Assembly: GCA_022704645.1 (NCBI GenBank)
Contig: JAKJGA010000001.1
Coordinates: 1-40,982, forward strand
Direction: 5' to 3'
DNA from: Spirochaetota bacterium
GTDB taxonomy: Bacteria > Spirochaetota > UBA4802 > JAFGJZ01
DNA: 40,982 bases
In this document: positions 8,624 to 18,336 of the stretch, piece after piece
Position numbering within the stretch: the first letter of the stretch is position 1
Layout of the letters: each line of letters begins with the position of its first letter
Notes under the pieces: generated by a model
Databases searched by the model: none
Seen by the model: the letters and a program-made list of their open reading frames with translations, nothing else
What the model was told of the DNA's origin: nothing
Program-made: the position numbers and the translations under genes

Positions 8624-11269
8624 TTATAGATTTTTAAGATTGTTGATGCTTTCGGTGATTTTATTTTTCAGTTCAACGAATTCATCACGTTTTGTTTTTT
8701 CTTTTGCTACGATATCTTCAGGTGCTGATGATATGAATTTATCATTTGAAAGTTTGCCTTCAACACGTGAAAGATCGGCCTCAATTTTAGATAATTCCTT
8801 GTTGAGTCTTTCAAGTTCTTTATCGACATCAATCAGTCCTTTAAGAGGAAGATAAATTTCGGCATCTTTAATAACTGCGGAGCAATCGCTTTTCTCTGGT
8901 TTATAAGATGCATCGACTTTAATGGACTCAATCTTTGCAAGTGATTTCAGCTGAGCAGATTCTTTCTCGACGATTTCTTTCACAAGCGGGCTTTCGGATT
9001 TGATTATCAGATCAGCCTTTCTATCAGGTGCGATATTCATCTCACCGCGGATATTTCTGATTTTATAAATGATTTCCTGAAAAAGCGCTGTTTCGTCGGC
9101 TTCTTTTATAAAATTAAAATTCGGATCAGTTTCCGGATATTTGGTTATTATCAGTAAATCCTGATTCTTGTCCTTAATCTTGCTCCATATTTCTTCCGTG
9201 ATAAAAGGCATGAACGGATGGAGAAGTTTAACCGATTCTTTTAGAACATGAAAAAGAACTTCTTTGGCGCAGTTTGCGGACTCTTCGCCGGAATGACCGT
9301 ATAGACGCGGTTTTGTAAGTTCAAGATACCAGTCGCAGAATTCATTCCAGAAGAATGAATAAACGGATTGTGCCGCATCATTGAATCTGTATTCGCTTAA
9401 TGCTTTAGAAATTTCATCTATTGCACAGTTGAGACGGAAAAGAATCCATTTGTCGAAACGTTCGAGTGAAGCATTATTGATTCCCTTTGTAGAAAAATTC
9501 TCGCCGAGATTCATGAGAACGAAACGTGTCGAATTCCATATTTTGTTCGAAAACGCTCTGTATCCTTCGATTCGTTTTTCCGACATGATTACATCGCGGC
9601 CCTGGGCTGCAAACATCGCAAGAGTAAATCTGAATGCGTCCGTACCGAATTTATCCATCATTATCAGCGGATCAATTACGTTTCCTCTTGATTTGCTCAT
9701 CTTGTGACCGTGTTCATCACGGACAAGAGCGTGGATATAGACATCCTTAAAAGGCACATCTCCCATGAATTTCAAGCCCATCATAATCATTCTGGCAACC
9801 CAGAAGAATATGATGTCAAAACCCGTAACCAGAACTGAAGTAGGGTAGTATTTCTTGAGCTCGGCTGTATCATCAGGCCATCCGAGAGTTGAAAACGGCC
9901 AGAGTCCGGAACTGAACCATGTATCGAGAACGTCTTCATCCTGTTTGATATTAGTTGATGAACATTTTGAGCATTTGCTTGGATCTTCCATTTCGACATT
10001 TATATGGCCGCAGTCTTCGCAGTAAAATGCCGGAATTCTGTGACCCCACCAAAGCTGACGTGAAATACACCAGTCGCGGATATTTCTCATCCATTCGAAA
10101 TAAGTTTTTTCCCAGTTTTTAGGAACGAATTTTATGCGTTCATCTTCAACAGCTTTTATTGCTTCATCTGCAAGCGGTTTGATTTTTACGAACCATTGAC
10201 TGCTTATATACGGTTCAATTATTGTCGAGCATCTGTAGCAATGTCCGACTGAATGAGGATTGTCTTCGATCTTTTCTACAAGACCGAGGTTTTCAAGGTC
10301 TTCAATTATTTTTTTGCGGGCGTCGAATCTGTCGAGACCGTTGTAAGATCCCCCGTTTTCATTTATGAAGCCCTTGGGCGTAAGAACATTGATTTCTTCA
10401 AGAGAATGACGTTTGCCCATTTCAAAATCGTTAGGATCGTGAGCAGGGGTTATTTTAACCATACCTGTTCCGAATTCCTTATCAACATAAGAATCAGCGA
10501 TAATAGGAATTTCGCGGTTGATTAACGGAAGGATCAGTTTTTTGCCGATAACGTTTTTATATCTTTCATCATCAGGATTTACTGCAACGGCTGTATCTCC
10601 AAGCATTGTTTCGGGTCTTGTTGTTGCAACTGTGATGTATCCGCTTCCGTCTGCATAGGGATATTTTAAATGATAAAGTTTTCCATTAAGGTCTTTATAT
10701 TCTGTTTCAATGTCAGAAAGGGCAGTTTCGCATCTAGGGCACCAGTTGATTATTCTTTCTCCGCGGTAGATGAGTCCTTCTTTGTACAGGGTGACAAAAA
10801 CTTTACGTACGGCTTTAGAGAGACCTTCATCGAGTGTAAATCTTTCTCTCTCCCAGTCAAGGCTCGCACCAAGCCGCTTAAGCTGGCTCTGTATCATTCC
10901 GCCGGATTCGGCTTTCCATTCCCATACTCTTTTTTCGAAAGCTTCGCGTCCCATATCGTGACGTGATTTTCCTTCTTTTGCAAGAAGTCTTTCAACGACG
11001 TTCTGAGTCGCTATACCGGCATGATCCATTCCCGGCATCCAGAGAACCGATTTGCCTTTCATGCGGTTCCATCTTGCTAAAATATCCTGAAGAGTATTAT
11101 TCAGGGCATGTCCCATATGAAGAGATCCCGTTACATTCGGCGGAGGAATGACTATGCAATATGCGTCTTTATTGTCCTTTTCATCGGCGTGGTAAAAATT
11201 TCCTTCATTCCATGCTTTAAGCCATTTTTCTTCTGTTTCTTTAGGTTCATAAGATGTCGATAACTGCAT
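8624..11269 (-). CDS. valS: Valine--tRNA ligase
   Basis: HIGH motif (PPPNVTGSLHMGHAL), KMSKS, and a C-terminal coiled coil. ATG 11269 with SD GAGGAA is preferred over the track TTG at 11293. Confidence 0.95.
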   Translation of the reverse strand: MQLSTSYEPKETEEKWLKAWNEGNFYHADEKDNKDAYCIVIPPPNVTGSLHMGHALNNTLQDILARWNRMKGKSVLWMPGMDHAGIATQNVVERLLAKEGKSRHDMGREAFEKRVWEWKAESGGMIQSQLKRLGASLDWERERFTLDEGLSKAVRKVFVTLYKEGLIYRGERIINWCPRCETALSDIETEYKDLNGKLYHLKYPYADGSGYITVATTRPETMLGDTAVAVNPDDERYKNVIGKKLILPLINREIPIIADSYVDKEFGTGMVKITPAHDPNDFEMGKRHSLEEINVLTPKGFINENGGSYNGLDRFDARKKIIEDLENLGLVEKIEDNPHSVGHCYRCSTIIEPYISSQWFVKIKPLADEAIKAVEDERIKFVPKNWEKTYFEWMRNIRDWCISRQLWWGHRIPAFYCEDCGHINVEMEDPSKCSKCSSTNIKQDEDVLDTWFSSGLWPFSTLGWPDDTAELKKYYPTSVLVTGFDIIFFWVARMIMMGLKFMGDVPFKDVYIHALVRDEHGHKMSKSRGNVIDPLIMMDKFGTDAFRFTLAMFAAQGRDVIMSEKRIEGYRAFSNKIWNSTRFVLMNLGENFSTKGINNASLERFDKWILFRLNCAIDEISKALSEYRFNDAAQSVYSFFWNEFCDWYLELTKPRLYGHSGEESANCAKEVLFHVLKESVKLLHPFMPFITEEIWSKIKDKNQDLLIITKYPETDPNFNFIKEADETALFQEIIYKIRNIRGEMNIAPDRKADLIIKSESPLVKEIVEKESAQLKSLAKIESIKVDASYKPEKSDCSAVIKDAEIYLPLKGLIDVDKELERLNKELSKIEADLSRVEGKLSNDKFISSAPEDIVAKEKTKRDEFVELKNKITESINNLKNL

Positions 11270-11339
11270 AATTTCCTCAATATGATATAGCAATCAATGA
11301 AAAAATTGAAATTTTGCAAGGTGCCGCTGTCAACAGTTT

Positions 11340-12320
11340 TTAGGGTTTATTTTTGGAGAAATATGATCCGAACAGGGATTTATCTATTTCAATAAGTCTT
11401 TGGGATATCTGGGATAATATAGAGAGATCGTAATTCTGAAAATGATAGTAATCATAAAGCCATAAGTATTTATTGATCAGACGGGGAAGCACATTTGATT
11501 TTTTGAGTTTCTCTCTTGTCATTGACTGATAAGATTTTTCAAGAGAAGCGATATCTTTTGTAATAAGTTCTGCGGTTTGCTGACTGATTTTTCCTTTTAC
11601 ATAAAAAATATCCATGAGAAATCCGTAAACAGGAACCCATTCCCTTATATCTTCATCAGGATGTGCTTCTTTGGAAGCGCTCGTGAGTTCATTTATCGGT
11701 TCACATTTGATGAGTTCGATGTCTATTGCTGACGGATTGATGAAAAATGCTTCTCTGAATAAAAGAAGAGATTTTGGAGCTTCTCCGGTTTTGAAATATG
11801 CGGCCGCTAGAATTGAAAGCAGTTTCGGATCGTTTTTAAAAAAGCTTTTTGCATATTCCAGTGTTTCTATGGTTTTCGGATAATCTTCAAGAGTCATGAA
11901 GCATACTGCAAGGTTCATAAGAAGGCTGAAGTTATCTGCAGGAGATTCCTGATTCGCAAATGCTGTTTTGTAATGTTCGCTTGAATTATAGTAAATATAT
12001 TTCTGAACAGCCTTGAATGCGCTTCCGCCGAAAAAATTCTTTTCTCTGGAATAATTTTCAAATTCGTTCCATTGACCCATTAAAAAATCAGCACTTTCCT
12101 TACCATTGTTCAGAGTGGCCAGACCCGGAACACGATTAAGCCAGTAACGCGATGTACGGTATCCCGCTTCAACTCCGGGATAATCTGGTTTGTTGTTCAT
12201 TATGGAATCAAAAACCGAGAATGCATTCATAAAATCGCCGTTCTCAAGAAAATCAAGACCGCGGTTCACGGATTCAACAGTTTTATCGTCCGAAAAAGTT
12301 AATTGATCGCCATTATTCAT
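11340..12320 (-). CDS. All-helical TPR-like protein, family not recognised
   Basis: 326-aa ORF. Its ATG shares one nucleotide with the stop of the upstream ATPase (TGATG at 12318-12322). Repeated amphipathic helix pairs resemble TPRs (FMNAFSVFDSIMNNKPDYP, LAVCFMTLEDYPKTIETLEYAKSFFKNDP, LAAAYFKTGEAPKSLLLFREAFFINP). Confidence 0.55.
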   Translation of the reverse strand: MNNGDQLTFSDDKTVESVNRGLDFLENGDFMNAFSVFDSIMNNKPDYPGVEAGYRTSRYWLNRVPGLATLNNGKESADFLMGQWNEFENYSREKNFFGGSAFKAVQKYIYYNSSEHYKTAFANQESPADNFSLLMNLAVCFMTLEDYPKTIETLEYAKSFFKNDPKLLSILAAAYFKTGEAPKSLLLFREAFFINPSAIDIELIKCEPINELTSASKEAHPDEDIREWVPVYGFLMDIFYVKGKISQQTAELITKDIASLEKSYQSMTREKLKKSNVLPRLINKYLWLYDYYHFQNYDLSILSQISQRLIEIDKSLFGSYFSKNKP

Positions 12321-14443
12321 CAGAATTTAACCGTTTGACCTATGCCGGAAAAGAGTTTATCATCGCATGTAAGTATTATGATCTGCCTTTCAGATGAAAA
12401 TTCCGACAGTATGCTGAAAAATTTATCAATTTTTCCCTTATCCAGATATGATGCGGGTTCGTCAATTATTAAAGGCAGTGAAATGTTCGAATTTTTCATT
12501 GCTCTTCCCATTGCAAGCTTGAAAGCCAGTAATGCGGAATATCGGAGAGATGTGTTTTTAATCGAGCTCATATCCCCTTTGATCAGCAAATCCGTATCTT
12601 GTTTATTTACGGAGCTCGAAGATGTTATTTCTGAGAAAATAGAATAAGTATCTTCGGAAATTTGTGTGAAGGCTCTGTTTTCAAATTCTGCTCTTGCCTG
12701 AGTCATATTTGTAAGTATGAATGAAGCGCTTCTGTGCGATGATTTTAAGCTTTTAAGTTTTTGTTCGTGAAAAAGTTTTCTCTGATTAAGTGATTCACTC
12801 TGGCTGCTTTCTTTTCCTCTGGCTTGAAGTTCTTCGTTCATTCTATTTAGAATTTCTATGTTCCGCTCAAGTTCATCTTTTAAAACTGCGATTTTTTCTG
12901 AGTTTCCTTCAATTTGTTTATTGATTGCAGTATTTTTTGAGTTTCTTTCACCGTTTATACTTTCGAGCGACTTCAGAAGAACTGATCTGTTTTTCTCAAG
13001 ATCAAGAATTTCCTGTCTGACGCTGTTGATTTTTTCTTCAGGAAACAAAGAATTTTCAATGTCATCTATTTCAGCTTCATTTTCAAGAAATTCAGAGTAC
13101 TCTTCGAAATATTGAAGAAGAAATTCAAACATGTCTTCGAAATGCTCTGATGATACCGGTATATCGCTTTTTGATAAAATCTCTTTGAGTTCTGCAACTC
13201 TTTGATTGAAGAGCTCCTCCAGTTTGTGGCTGATATCTTTTTTTAATCTGAACCGGATTATTGCAATAGAAAGTATGGATATAAATAATCCTGATGAAGG
13301 AATTAAAATTTTATGAAGAGTATTTATTTGTTCAAAATATTGATGAAAAAAATGGACGACTGCAGGAAACGCCAGCGACGCGCAGAAAAATGAAGCTGTT
13401 AGAGTATAGCATAAGTTTTTTAGAATTCCGATTGTTTTTAGTCGTTTAATCAACGAATCTTTCGCATCAATTGCATACTTGTAAGCAAGCTGAATGTTGT
13501 TAAGATTATTTCTCTGGGTTTCAGAAAGATTTATGAATTTCGAAAACCTGTCGTTAAGTTTCTGTTTTTTTGTTTCTATCGCAGAAACTTTGCTTTCCTC
13601 TGATGCAACAAAGTTCTTGAGTCCGTTGAGTTTGCTTTCTATTATGAAAACATTTGCAAGAGCCTCCTGAGATTTATGAAGAAAAGCTGTTCTGCTTTCA
13701 ATCTCAATCAGTTCTTTTTCAATGCTTTGATTGCGGTTTTTTATTTCTGATAATTCCTGTGATAATTTGTCAATCTTTGAAAAATGAACATCAAAAATCT
13801 GAAGCTCTTTTTTGATTTTCTGAATTTCATTTTCGTGATAAAAAATATTAGAAAGGAATGAGTTGTTTATTCTGGATGAAATATGTTCGGAATAAATGCT
13901 GTGTTTAAGTTTTGAGTGTATATCTATGAATTTATCTTCCGAAAATGATACAATTTTATTGATATTCTCGTAACTATAGTAAGGTGCAAGAAATGATTCG
14001 AAAGGAGAGGATATAAGTGATGCATCAATAAAAACCTGCGGTGTCAGTGTTGTAATCAGGCGGCAAATCATGGAGTTTGAAAGATTCTGCTGAGATTTAA
14101 TTTTGTCAGAAAACCTGGCGATATCGGTTTCACCGGCATAAACTTCTTTTCCGGTTCCGGATGAGACATCTGCGAAAGTTATTAGACTGCTTCCGTTCCG
14201 GATAATTGTCATTTTTTCATTTTCATCCGAAAGTGTCATGTTCACATACAGATTGCTCCACATGTCTTCAGATAAGATGCGGTTTTCTTTTTGTATTGCG
14301 AAAGCAGAATCTATCATCGCTTTTGCGAAAAGCGACTTTCCTGATTCATTTCCCCCGTAAATTATTGTAATTGAATTGTCAAAATTGATGATCTTATTTT
14401 CAAGAACACCGGTTTTGGCAGCTATGCATTGAGTAAAGCGCAA
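12320..14443 (-). CDS. SMC/Rad50-like ATPase of the YhaN/SbcE type with a central transmembrane hairpin
   Basis: Walker A GGNESGKS, Walker B/D-loop LPLIIDEPASYLD, and long heptad-rich arms. Two hydrophobic helices sit at mid-protein (nt ~13253-13429). The preferred start is TTG 14443, preceded by GGAGGA with a 6-nt spacer. It gives MRFTQCIAAKTGVLEN, which aligns in length with my recollection of YhaN-type N-termini. The track start TTG 14485 is the alternative. Confidence 0.75.
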   Translation of the reverse strand: MRFTQCIAAKTGVLENKIINFDNSITIIYGGNESGKSLFAKAMIDSAFAIQKENRILSEDMWSNLYVNMTLSDENEKMTIIRNGSSLITFADVSSGTGKEVYAGETDIARFSDKIKSQQNLSNSMICRLITTLTPQVFIDASLISSPFESFLAPYYSYENINKIVSFSEDKFIDIHSKLKHSIYSEHISSRINNSFLSNIFYHENEIQKIKKELQIFDVHFSKIDKLSQELSEIKNRNQSIEKELIEIESRTAFLHKSQEALANVFIIESKLNGLKNFVASEESKVSAIETKKQKLNDRFSKFINLSETQRNNLNNIQLAYKYAIDAKDSLIKRLKTIGILKNLCYTLTASFFCASLAFPAVVHFFHQYFEQINTLHKILIPSSGLFISILSIAIIRFRLKKDISHKLEELFNQRVAELKEILSKSDIPVSSEHFEDMFEFLLQYFEEYSEFLENEAEIDDIENSLFPEEKINSVRQEILDLEKNRSVLLKSLESINGERNSKNTAINKQIEGNSEKIAVLKDELERNIEILNRMNEELQARGKESSQSESLNQRKLFHEQKLKSLKSSHRSASFILTNMTQARAEFENRAFTQISEDTYSIFSEITSSSSVNKQDTDLLIKGDMSSIKNTSLRYSALLAFKLAMGRAMKNSNISLPLIIDEPASYLDKGKIDKFFSILSEFSSERQIIILTCDDKLFSGIGQTVKF

Positions 14444-15480
14444 ATCCAGTCCTCCGAAATTATTGATCCGTTTTTGATAATGCAAAAAACCATCCGCGAC
14501 AATTCTTTAATATCCACATCCTCCGGTATTTGCTTGGTATTCAGCAAGTCGAAAAAATCTCTCCACATTCCGTTTGTTTCAATCTCTGATGATAATTGCT
14601 TTAATGTCGGAAAAGAATTGTCGTCTATTTTGACTGACTTATATTTTTTTTCCAGATTGAAATTATCTATTGGATAATTTCTCATTCCGTCAAATCTAAT
14701 ATAAAGACGTGTTTCGGAATTTTTTGATTCATCGACCATGGCTTCTATATCATTTAAATTACTATTATCGCAATCAATGGTCAGCGATACGAATTTTGTA
14801 CTTTTTAGAGGTAATCTTTTTATTTCATAAATGGAATCGTCTGAAGTCACAATGTTTAACGAATACTTTGCGGAATTTTCTTCTGCGGAAAAAGCTTCAG
14901 CGTGACCCGGGTATGCAGCTATTATTTTACCTGATACTTTAAAAATTTTGGTTGTGTTGATTCCGCCGAGTGCGTAAAAATCAAGAGGAAGCTTTTTGAA
15001 AAAGGTCTTCATTTCAATTTCATTTTCAGCATATTCTTCAATGTTTAAATTGAAAAGACCTATATGAAAACCGTCTTCAGAGGTTTTATCCGTAAGAAAA
15101 ATATCATCTTTTCTGGAAGACCCGTAAAAATAAATTTTTTCATTATCCTTTTCTAATAGAAACGGTTCATTATCTTTTGTGAAAATTTTATCTGCGGATT
15201 CAATATCTAGATTCAATTCCTCCATCATTCTTCTTTCTTCATCAGTTAGGAGAATGATAATTTTTGCATCAATTCCGTTTCTATCTGCAAAAATAATGTT
15301 TAATTTATCTGTTATTTCAGGGGAAATATTAGTAAAAATATTTCCTGGGATTAGGATTGCATCCGCATCAGCTGAATCTTTAATTGCGTTTTTGAGCGTG
15401 TCTAGGCGGTCTTCGTCCGATATTGGAAGAAAATCATCTGTTAAACCAAGAGCAAAATCAGAAAGAAGAACAAAACGCAT
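14422..15480 (-). CDS. SbcD/Mre11/YhaO-fold protein with degenerate metallophosphoesterase motifs
   Basis: Motif spacing is SbcD-like but the ligands are replaced. LLSDFALG (DxH to DxA), LIPGNIF (GD to GN), no GNHD, YALGGIN (GHxH to GGxN). Overlaps the downstream ATPase gene. Confidence 0.6.
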   Translation of the reverse strand: MRFVLLSDFALGLTDDFLPISDEDRLDTLKNAIKDSADADAILIPGNIFTNISPEITDKLNIIFADRNGIDAKIIILLTDEERRMMEELNLDIESADKIFTKDNEPFLLEKDNEKIYFYGSSRKDDIFLTDKTSEDGFHIGLFNLNIEEYAENEIEMKTFFKKLPLDFYALGGINTTKIFKVSGKIIAAYPGHAEAFSAEENSAKYSLNIVTSDDSIYEIKRLPLKSTKFVSLTIDCDNSNLNDIEAMVDESKNSETRLYIRFDGMRNYPIDNFNLEKKYKSVKIDDNSFPTLKQLSSEIETNGMWRDFFDLLNTKQIPEDVDIKELSRMVFCIIKNGSIISEDWICALLNA

Positions 15481-15667
15481 ATTTTTACCGTAAAAAATGT
15501 CTTATATAATTATCGGCATCATTATCTTCAAACTTGATTGTGTTGTCATCATCAAAATGATCAAAAACATCTGAAGTTATTTTATTATTATACAGTACGC
15601 TTGGACGGTAAAATGGTTGACAATCGTTTGAAAGAACTAATCAATAATGTTATAAAAGAAAGGTTAA

Positions 15668-16705
15668 ATGATGAATTTATTGAATTTAAGATTTTTAATT
15701 GTCTGTTCTCTTATGCCGGCAATACTATTTCTGTCATGTAAAAAGGATAATCAATCCAAACAAGAGAATATCCCGGTTGTTGAAAAGAGTATTTTGAAGA
15801 TTTCTCCTGCACCTGAAGGTTCTCCTGTTTCCAAATATGGAAAACTTCAGATTAAAGGAGTCAATCTTTGTGATGCGAACGGAAATATCGTTCAATTAAA
15901 AGGAATGAGTCTATATTGGAGTCAATGGTCAAACGGATTTTGGAATAAGGATGTTGTTAATACTCTTGCGGATGATTGGAAATGCACGGTAATACGTGCC
16001 GCAATGGGAGTTGTCAAGGGCGGTTATCTTGAAAATTCCGGAGAAATTGATAAGCTTAAAATAGTTCTGGATGCGGCAATTGAAAAAGGCATTTATGTAA
16101 TCATTGACTGGCATGATCATGATGCGATAAGCCATACGGAAGAAGCTAAGAAATTTTTCGCTGAAATGGCTGCCGGATACGGGCAGTATCCTAATATTAT
16201 TTTTGAAATATTTAATGAACCTATAAATGATCAATGGCTGGATGTAAGAAAATATTCCGAATCTGTCATTGAAACGATACGCGCCAACGGATCAGACAAT
16301 GTCATAATTGTCGGAACTACATCATGGTCGCAGGATGTGGATATTGCTGCGGAGTTTCCAGTTAAAAACGGAAAGAATGTTGCATATGCCCTTCATTTCT
16401 ATGCGGCGACTCACAAAAAAACATTTAGAGACAGAGCTGAAGCTGCTATCTCAAAAGGTCTTCCAATTTTTGTTTCTGAATGGGGTACTTGTGAAAATAA
16501 CGGCGACGGTTTTGTTGACATTGAAGAAAGTCTGATATGGCTTGATTTTATGGATAAACACAAGCTTAGCTGGTGCAACTGGTCATTGTTTAATAAAATG
16601 GAATCAGCATCCGCTTTGAAGGCTAATGCAAAGCCTTCAGGAAAGTGGAATAATTCGCTTCTTACTGAATCCGGAAGATTTGTAAAAAAGAAAATATCTG
16701 AATAA
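15668..16705 (+). CDS. GH5 endo-beta-1,4-glucanase (cellulase family) lipoprotein
   Basis: Signal peptide with spirochaete-type lipobox (ILFLSC). Has DWHD, acid/base Glu in IFEIFNEP, nucleophile Glu in VSEWGT, and HFYA. Confidence 0.88.
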   Translation: MMNLLNLRFLIVCSLMPAILFLSCKKDNQSKQENIPVVEKSILKISPAPEGSPVSKYGKLQIKGVNLCDANGNIVQLKGMSLYWSQWSNGFWNKDVVNTLADDWKCTVIRAAMGVVKGGYLENSGEIDKLKIVLDAAIEKGIYVIIDWHDHDAISHTEEAKKFFAEMAAGYGQYPNIIFEIFNEPINDQWLDVRKYSESVIETIRANGSDNVIIVGTTSWSQDVDIAAEFPVKNGKNVAYALHFYAATHKKTFRDRAEAAISKGLPIFVSEWGTCENNGDGFVDIEESLIWLDFMDKHKLSWCNWSLFNKMESASALKANAKPSGKWNNSLLTESGRFVKKKISE

Positions 16706-16737
16706 AAAAACGGGCATTGTTAAGCCCGTTTTTTTTA
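16704..16737. terminator. Bidirectional rho-independent terminator
   Basis: AACGGGC (16709-16715) pairs with GCCCGTT (16724-16730) across an 8-nt loop. An A-run lies upstream and a T-run downstream, between convergent genes. Confidence 0.8.
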
Positions 16738-16783
16738 TTTTTGAAGACAGAAGCAGTCTCTGTCTTTCTATGATAAGTTTGTC

Positions 16784-18319
16784 TTATTTTATCATGGAAT
16801 AAGTTACCTTGAATTCACCTTCTGTGTTTGCAGGTACTCTGAGAATTCGTTTTTTAGAATCAAAATCAGTATAATCTTTTCCATTGAGTTCGACTTTTGA
16901 AATGATTAGATTCTGAATTTCCTCAACAGGGTTCATCGGAAATTCCCGATTCTTAGAAGATTTTTCGATGTTGTAGAAAAGAGATACATCCTTTTTATGA
17001 AAATATAGATTTCCATACAGATAAAGATAATAGGCTGTTTCAAGTGAATGATATGCGCTTTTCCAGTAAGAGCCCTTATATTCATCTTCGTCTGTTTTAA
17101 GTCTTTTCCCGTCAGGTTTAACTTCATCAAAGATGTCCCCATATTCCTTGTCGATTGTATACCGCTCGAAAAATCCGCATGCCTCATCAGCCATTTTGAG
17201 ATACAAGGTGTTTCCCGTTACATAATAGTTTATTAGACCGCTGGTGATTGCCTGCTCCAGAGTCCAATAGTTTTTATTGTCATTGGTAATTACTCCTTCG
17301 AAGCTGTCTGCGAAATTGTATGGTCCGCCGTTTGAGTTGTCCCATGCTTTTTCGTTGATGTTGTGAAGTATTTTTTCTGCTGTTTCTGAATATTCCTTTT
17401 TTGGGCTAATCAGATTCGCGCGCTGAAGGCACCATGCAGTTTTAAGCATATGACCGATAAAAATGAATGATTCGTCACGGGGTCTCCATTCGGAGTCATA
17501 TTGCTCTTCATAGCCGATTTTTCTTGATTTTGAGGTCGGATACATGTGAGTTATAACATTGTCCGCAAGAGAAATAAGTCTTTCCTTGTATTTTTCATTA
17601 TTAGTTAGAAGGTAAAGAGAAAGGCCGTGTGTCGTTACGCAGTCCATGGTCGGTGTAAATCCTTTTCCTCTCGGATTTCTCCAGTCATAATCGGCTGATT
17701 CGAAATAACCTTCGTATCCTTTTCTGTTGTCATACAGTTTTTCGTCCAAAAGCGCGCGCGATTTAATCAGAAAATCAAAATGTTTTTCATTCCGAGTGGC
17801 GTCGACAAGTGCGGAATAACCCAGGAGAGCATAGTGCTGCATGAAAGACCATTTTTCTCTTTGTCTGTTGTTTTGATTCAGAAGAATATCATAAGTGAAA
17901 TCAATATTTCTCCCGGTAGCATCAACGGTAGTATAAAAGCCTCCGTGTTCTTTGTCGTAACACTTTGTTCTGATGAAATCTTCGGCATAGTTTGCGTACT
18001 TTAAGAATTTTTTATCACCAGTAAGCATATACGCGCGGGAGAAGGCATACATTATTCTGCTTTGAGACAATGTTGACTTATAATTATTTCCGAGGACGTC
18101 TCCATTGCGTGCAACCATTGTGAAGAAGCCGCCGTTCTTTTCGTCATATGTTTTAGTCCAGAATTCTGCACTGGTACGTGCGAAATCTACAGCTTTATCC
18201 GGGTTTTTCAGCATTAAGGAATACATATCTTTGATTTTGTATTCTGCCGGATATTTTTTGCAGGCCGTAATAATGCATCCAAGGGCTAAAATTAGCAGTG
18301 CAATTTTTCTTGTATTCAT
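16784..18319 (-). CDS. AGE-family (N-acylglucosamine/cellobiose 2-epimerase-like, alpha/alpha-6 barrel) lipoprotein with an extra C-terminal beta-rich tail
   Basis: SD AAGGAGA lies just upstream (5-nt spacer) of ATG 18319; an ATG at 18340 forms an ATGA overlap with the upstream stop and is the alternative start. Lipobox IITAC. AGE-like repeats: DEKNGGFFTMVARNGD, KSTLSQSRIMYAFSRAYMLTGD, KEHGGFYTTVDATG, HMLKTAWCL. Confidence 0.65.
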   Translation of the reverse strand: MNTRKIALLILALGCIITACKKYPAEYKIKDMYSLMLKNPDKAVDFARTSAEFWTKTYDEKNGGFFTMVARNGDVLGNNYKSTLSQSRIMYAFSRAYMLTGDKKFLKYANYAEDFIRTKCYDKEHGGFYTTVDATGRNIDFTYDILLNQNNRQREKWSFMQHYALLGYSALVDATRNEKHFDFLIKSRALLDEKLYDNRKGYEGYFESADYDWRNPRGKGFTPTMDCVTTHGLSLYLLTNNEKYKERLISLADNVITHMYPTSKSRKIGYEEQYDSEWRPRDESFIFIGHMLKTAWCLQRANLISPKKEYSETAEKILHNINEKAWDNSNGGPYNFADSFEGVITNDNKNYWTLEQAITSGLINYYVTGNTLYLKMADEACGFFERYTIDKEYGDIFDEVKPDGKRLKTDEDEYKGSYWKSAYHSLETAYYLYLYGNLYFHKKDVSLFYNIEKSSKNREFPMNPVEEIQNLIISKVELNGKDYTDFDSKKRILRVPANTEGEFKVTYSMIK

Positions 18320-18336
18320 ATTATCTCCTTTGTTTG

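Noticed and set aside
8493-8855. 120-aa plus-strand ORF spanning the comM 3' end and the valS 3' end
   Set aside because: It is out of frame with comM and antisense to valS, and gives a Ser/Leu/Phe-rich product.
15510-15517. Exact sigma-28 -10 octamer GCCGATAA (minus strand) about 30 nt upstream of the ATG of the SbcD-like/ATPase/TPR operon
   Set aside because: The same octamer also occurs inside coding sequence at 6470-6477 and 10544-10551, so it is not rare here. The -35 position reads CAAG rather than TAAA. Noted, but not called as a promoter.
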